From Fimicolochytrium jonesii (Eukaryota), in contig NW_026515668.1 of NCBI RefSeq assembly GCF_025526975.1, positions 1,426,001 through 1,490,000 on the forward strand: a DNA stretch of 64,000 nucleotides. Direction: 5' to 3'. Both the position numbers and the translations under genes were made by a program. How positions within the stretch are numbered: the first letter of the stretch is position 1; every line of letters starts with the position of its first letter. Of this stretch, positions 59,801 through 64,000 are shown piece after piece. Below the pieces are notes generated by a model. It did no database searches and was not told where the DNA came from. It saw nothing but the letters and a program-made list of their open reading frames with translations.

Positions 59801-62442
59801 CAAACTCACAGCAACAAAACTCTCGTCGTTCAACAGATTCGTCACCATCGCCGGCATCCCCGGCTGCGCCAATTTGCTCGAGAACGCCAAATCGATGAGA
59901 AACTTCTCAAATTTGCTCGTCATATCCGCGGCCTCAGCTTCGATGGTGTACTCTACGAAGTACTCAGGTAGAAGATCCGTAGACTGTTTGAAGATGTACT
60001 TGAGGGGCATGTCGTCTTCGTTGATGCTACGTTTGCTGCTATTGGCGCTGGAGGGAGAGGATGGATCATGGTCTTTGCGGCTGCCTCGGGCGCTACGGGG
60101 TAAAACATCTGTCGAGTGGTCTGTGAAACGAGCAACGGAGTCAGCACATATCTAAGATTTATCAGCAGTCTTCATGGTTGCGCACCCGTTACGCTGACAG
60201 CGTTGGCAAGCGGCGCCCTGACTACGATCGCCTGATGAAGTTGCTTATGCGCATGCGGGGATTTGCGGGAGTACTCTTTGGACGACGCAGTCACCGCCTT
60301 GACGAAATTGGGCAACAGCACTTGTCCATCATTGGCAGCGTCCTCGTCGCAAAACCCGTATTCGACCGACGAGTACACGTCCTCGAAGTTGCACTCTGAT
60401 CCTTCATACCAGAGGTAGTCTAGCGCCGGGTCGGCTTTGCCGGTTGTCAGACGCTATTCACATGATATCGTTAGCAACAAATACCCCCCATAAAGCGATA
60501 ACGGGACCCGTGCTCTTACATCGCATAAGCTCTTCAGATAGCGATTGTGTATCCTTGATATCCGATGCACCTTGATATGCCTTCCCCGACTCCTCGAGCC
60601 ACCCCTTTTCAACATCTTCTTGACCAGCGCCTCGCACAACACGAACCATTCGTCACCCGCCTGTCCGTCTTCAAAGCGCACGTTCCCGCCAGTCTCGAGC
60701 TCGAGGAGAAGCTTTCTGCAACGATTTAGCGTGGGAGCACACTCTGAAACTGCAAGTTCAGTGGACTCGCAAAGTCTTACCTGATCGCAATATCACTCTG
60801 CTGTACGATTTGCTCAGTCGTCTCGGCCTCGTGTACTTGGAGCTGTCGTTGCAAGCGGCTTTTTTCCCCGATGAAGTGCTCGAGCCGGAACTTGGCATCC
60901 GCGAGGCGTTCCATCAACTCCACTGACTACAACGTTCAAGAAATCGAATGAGCCTGCATTCCGTCATAGCTCGACACCACAGTTGTCATAGGGCTCACTG
61001 GAGGTTTTCCACGTGCTTCTTTCTCGAGCAGTACGTCGTCATGCCGCTTCTGCACACGTTTTAGCTTTGCTAGGAGGGCTTTGATGTCTGCCTCTATGTC
61101 ATTCTGCTCGGCAAGAGACTTTGTGACGAGCAGCTTGATGAGGAAGTTGGTGTTGCGTTTGATTGTCCTGATCCGCATGTTGTAGTACCTAGAGACGGAA
61201 ACAAAGTCGGTTTTTTCGCCAGCAGCAGATGCAACGTATCCTCCGATACCTTACATCCTCTTTTTCAGAACTGTAGCGTTGATCGCCCTCCGCGACTCCT
61301 CCGTCACTTCCAGCGTGTCCAGAACCTTCAGATTTGGCAGATGATAGATCACATGGGTTTGGTAGTTGCAGAGCGAGCAGACGGGATTATCGGCGAAGTT
61401 TGGGTCGCTAAGGCATAAAGACGCCAGTCGTGGTAGACGTGCGAGGAATAGGACCTCACGAAACGACGAAATTCGATTCCCTGAGATGTTCAACTCCTGC
61501 AAGCAAAAGTTGCATTGGCCGCATACAACGAAAGAATCCATGCACGCCGTTTCCCCACCTCTAGATTGACATTATTGTCCAAAGCATCTCCGACTGAAAC
61601 CAATCGGTTGTTCCCCATCTGGAGCTGAGTCAACCTTTCCAGGTTTTGCAGGTTCTCTAGAATGCTGATACCTCTGCGGAAGTCAGTTGAAGGTCTGGCG
61701 ACGGCATCGAGATACTCCTATGCACACCGGTGCCGAAGCTTACAGTTGTCTGATAGCCAAAGCTTCTCGATCTTGTAACATCGATGTAAACCTTCGATCT
61801 TAGATATCTGGTTGCTGTACCTGGATGTCGTGTCCTTGGTGTCAGTTTTCTCCATCATTCATTCCCAGGGGTGAGCTCCTGAGTCCCTTACAGATAAAGC
61901 TCCCTCAGCTCTGTACAGTTCTCTAGCCCTTTTATCCGGTCCACAAAAGTCTCACAGATCCATAGACGCTCCAACGCTGGACACGCCTCCAAGCCCGAGA
62001 TTTCCGTAATCTCTTGCGCGATGATGCACAATGACGTTAGCGCAGGAAAGTAGTGCAAGCCTGCTATCTTCGTCATGTTGTAGAAACACATCTCAATGAA
62101 CGTAATGTACGGCCATTTGTTGTTGAATGCGCTTGAGGAGATGCCGTTGTGCATGCACTATGAACAACGTCAGATGCGGGTATTGTCAGCGAATGGGGAA
62201 AACGTCGAGCACGGAAGACAGATGAGGACATCCGAGTCCCAAAAGCGTACCAGAGTGGCCACATCCTTGTCATGATGATATATCCACTGCCGCTCAGTTT
62301 GTGCAGTCTCGTCCGTTTTCCTCACAAGTGCGAGATCTGGCTCTTCGGACAGGACGAGGACACTTCCTGAACCGGATGCTTGTACCATTCCTCCGGCTAG
62401 CTCGATGGCGTCAGCCATCGTATGCACCTCCAACGCCGACAT
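56852..62442 (-). CDS. LRRC9: Leucine-rich repeat-containing protein 9 (ciliary)
   Basis: Many-exon LRR gene with LRRC9 hallmarks: LCMHNG, IEMCF, LCLSDP..ADNPVCSLCNYQTHVIYHLP, KKRMYYNMRIRT and LELETGGNVRFEDG...WF..C. Start ATG 62442 and last exon are inferred. Confidence 0.9.
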
Positions 62443-64000
62443 AGTCACTTGAAAAGCTGGGACCGACGGCCCCTTCCAAGTATTGAGCCCGATATACCTG
62501 GGCCAGAGCTCCAGACCAGGCGAGAGGCGGACTGTGTGCTCTGAAGAAAATCAAGCCAAAAAGCGCTTAACAGATTGGTATCCAAGTGCAATATGGATTG
62601 CTCAATCGGTTCGGAGCGCCAGGTATGACGGATGAGCCTTTTTCCTGAACTTCAGTCCTACATCCATCGTGATTGCAGGGACTGTCCAAACGCTGTCAGA
62701 AGCGGAAAAGTACGCGGTCCAATATTACCTAAGCGAATTGGAAGCCACGTTCTGACGGACCGCATGAAATGCACTCCAGTGCTCCATTCAGTAAACCATC
62801 AGCCAAATAGAAAGTGAGGTCTATGCGATGTATTTCGGCAATGTATTGTAATGCAATGTATTTCAGGAGCGCCTGGTACAATGAGTTCCATGCCACGTTC
62901 AAAAGCCCGCACTGAATAATCCCAGATCAACAACAGCTCCATAATGGAGCATAACGGTCCCGAATACTACGAAAGGTGATGGTGCTGTTGTTATCGAACT
63001 CGTCCATCAACCGGAGGATGTTGGCGCAATGCAATGCAATGTTGAATCACTTTTGTTATGTCTCATGTTTAGAGAGAGCCGAGATGGGTCGCTCGCAGAA
63101 CCGCCGCGTGCGGCCCAGAGCATGGGCCCACTCTGGTCAGCAGGCAGCTCGGAGCGGCAGTTGGACATGCCCACGGCTTCGTATGCGTTGATGGCGCACG
63201 GAATTGTCGATCGTCCGTTGCCAGTGGCGTGCTCGATGAAGACCTTAGCACAACGGTTCGGCGGCATGCTTTCCAAGCAGAACAATGTCCGTGTTCCAAG
63301 TCTCTTGTACAAGAGACTCGCCCAAGAGTAGTGGCTTTGACCGCTTTGCCTATCGCAAAGCTGGCTTCCTTGGGTTGGGTGTAAAGGCGTGACGAGCGAT
63401 CGCTGGTTACGGAAAGAGACATAGCCTGAACTTCTGATAACGGCCTTGGAAAATGAGCCACACCCCGAGCATCGAGGCTCCTCACAATGAGGAATCAAGG
63501 TGCCCGCCAGAGCCAGGAAGTAAATGACGTGATAGGCATCCCTTGAGTTGGCGGATGATGGAAGCTTACCGGTCAGACGGCTGTAGAGAGTGAGCGACCA
63601 CTCCTCGCTGTGAGACATCTCACACGAGATGGCGGGGCCGCTCACCAACAATGGACTATTCCCAAACCTCCGTCGGATGATTTGGATTGAAAGGTTATTG
63701 AGTACCTTTACCAACGTCATTTGCGTTTTAGAACGTGCATCACCACTTGGTTGCGGCGACAATGCAACAGGTGCTTCCAGGCCGGCAGCCGAAGTCGCAT
63801 GCTTTCCTTATCTGACGTTGTCTTGAGGTCCTTGGCTTGGAGGCTGAAGATGCCGTATGGACGGGGGGGACAAATCTGGGGCGGATGCGAAAGGAAAGCA
63901 GGCGGCAAGTCAGATCCCGCGCGTTGAAGAGAGAACGGAAGGGTTGAAACGCGTTGGTTTTGTCGAGGGCATTTAATTGGAGAAGTGACTTCCCTGCGAG

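Overview
This is eukaryotic nuclear DNA from a gene-dense genome with short (about 55-210 nt) GT-AG introns, so the prokaryote-style ORF track breaks most genes into pieces. Fungal-type genes (FlbC-like C2H2 factor, yeast-type mL53/MRPL44, PIK1) occur together with cilium genes (DNAL1, LRRC9, ARL2BP), which points to a flagellated (zoosporic) fungus, most likely a chytrid (inference). I can support about 24 protein-coding genes, one intronless tRNA-Arg(CCT), one dispersed 5S rRNA-derived element and a probable F-box pseudogene. There is no CRISPR array and no intact transposon. The most interesting items are: (1) an intronless secreted protein made of three eight-cysteine repeats that resemble a prokaryotic domain, with a very CAU-dense 3' flank; (2) a 5S-derived element that lacks exactly helix IV, has a sense-strand hairpin tail and T4, and sits between 14-bp direct repeats (SINE3-like); (3) a predicted mitochondrial J-protein fused to a domain resembling an uncharacterised bacterial family; (4) a PASK-like kinase split by large inserts, with an atypical catalytic loop; (5) ACGCGT (MCB-like) boxes in many promoters. 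All homology calls are from motif recognition by eye; no database searches were run.
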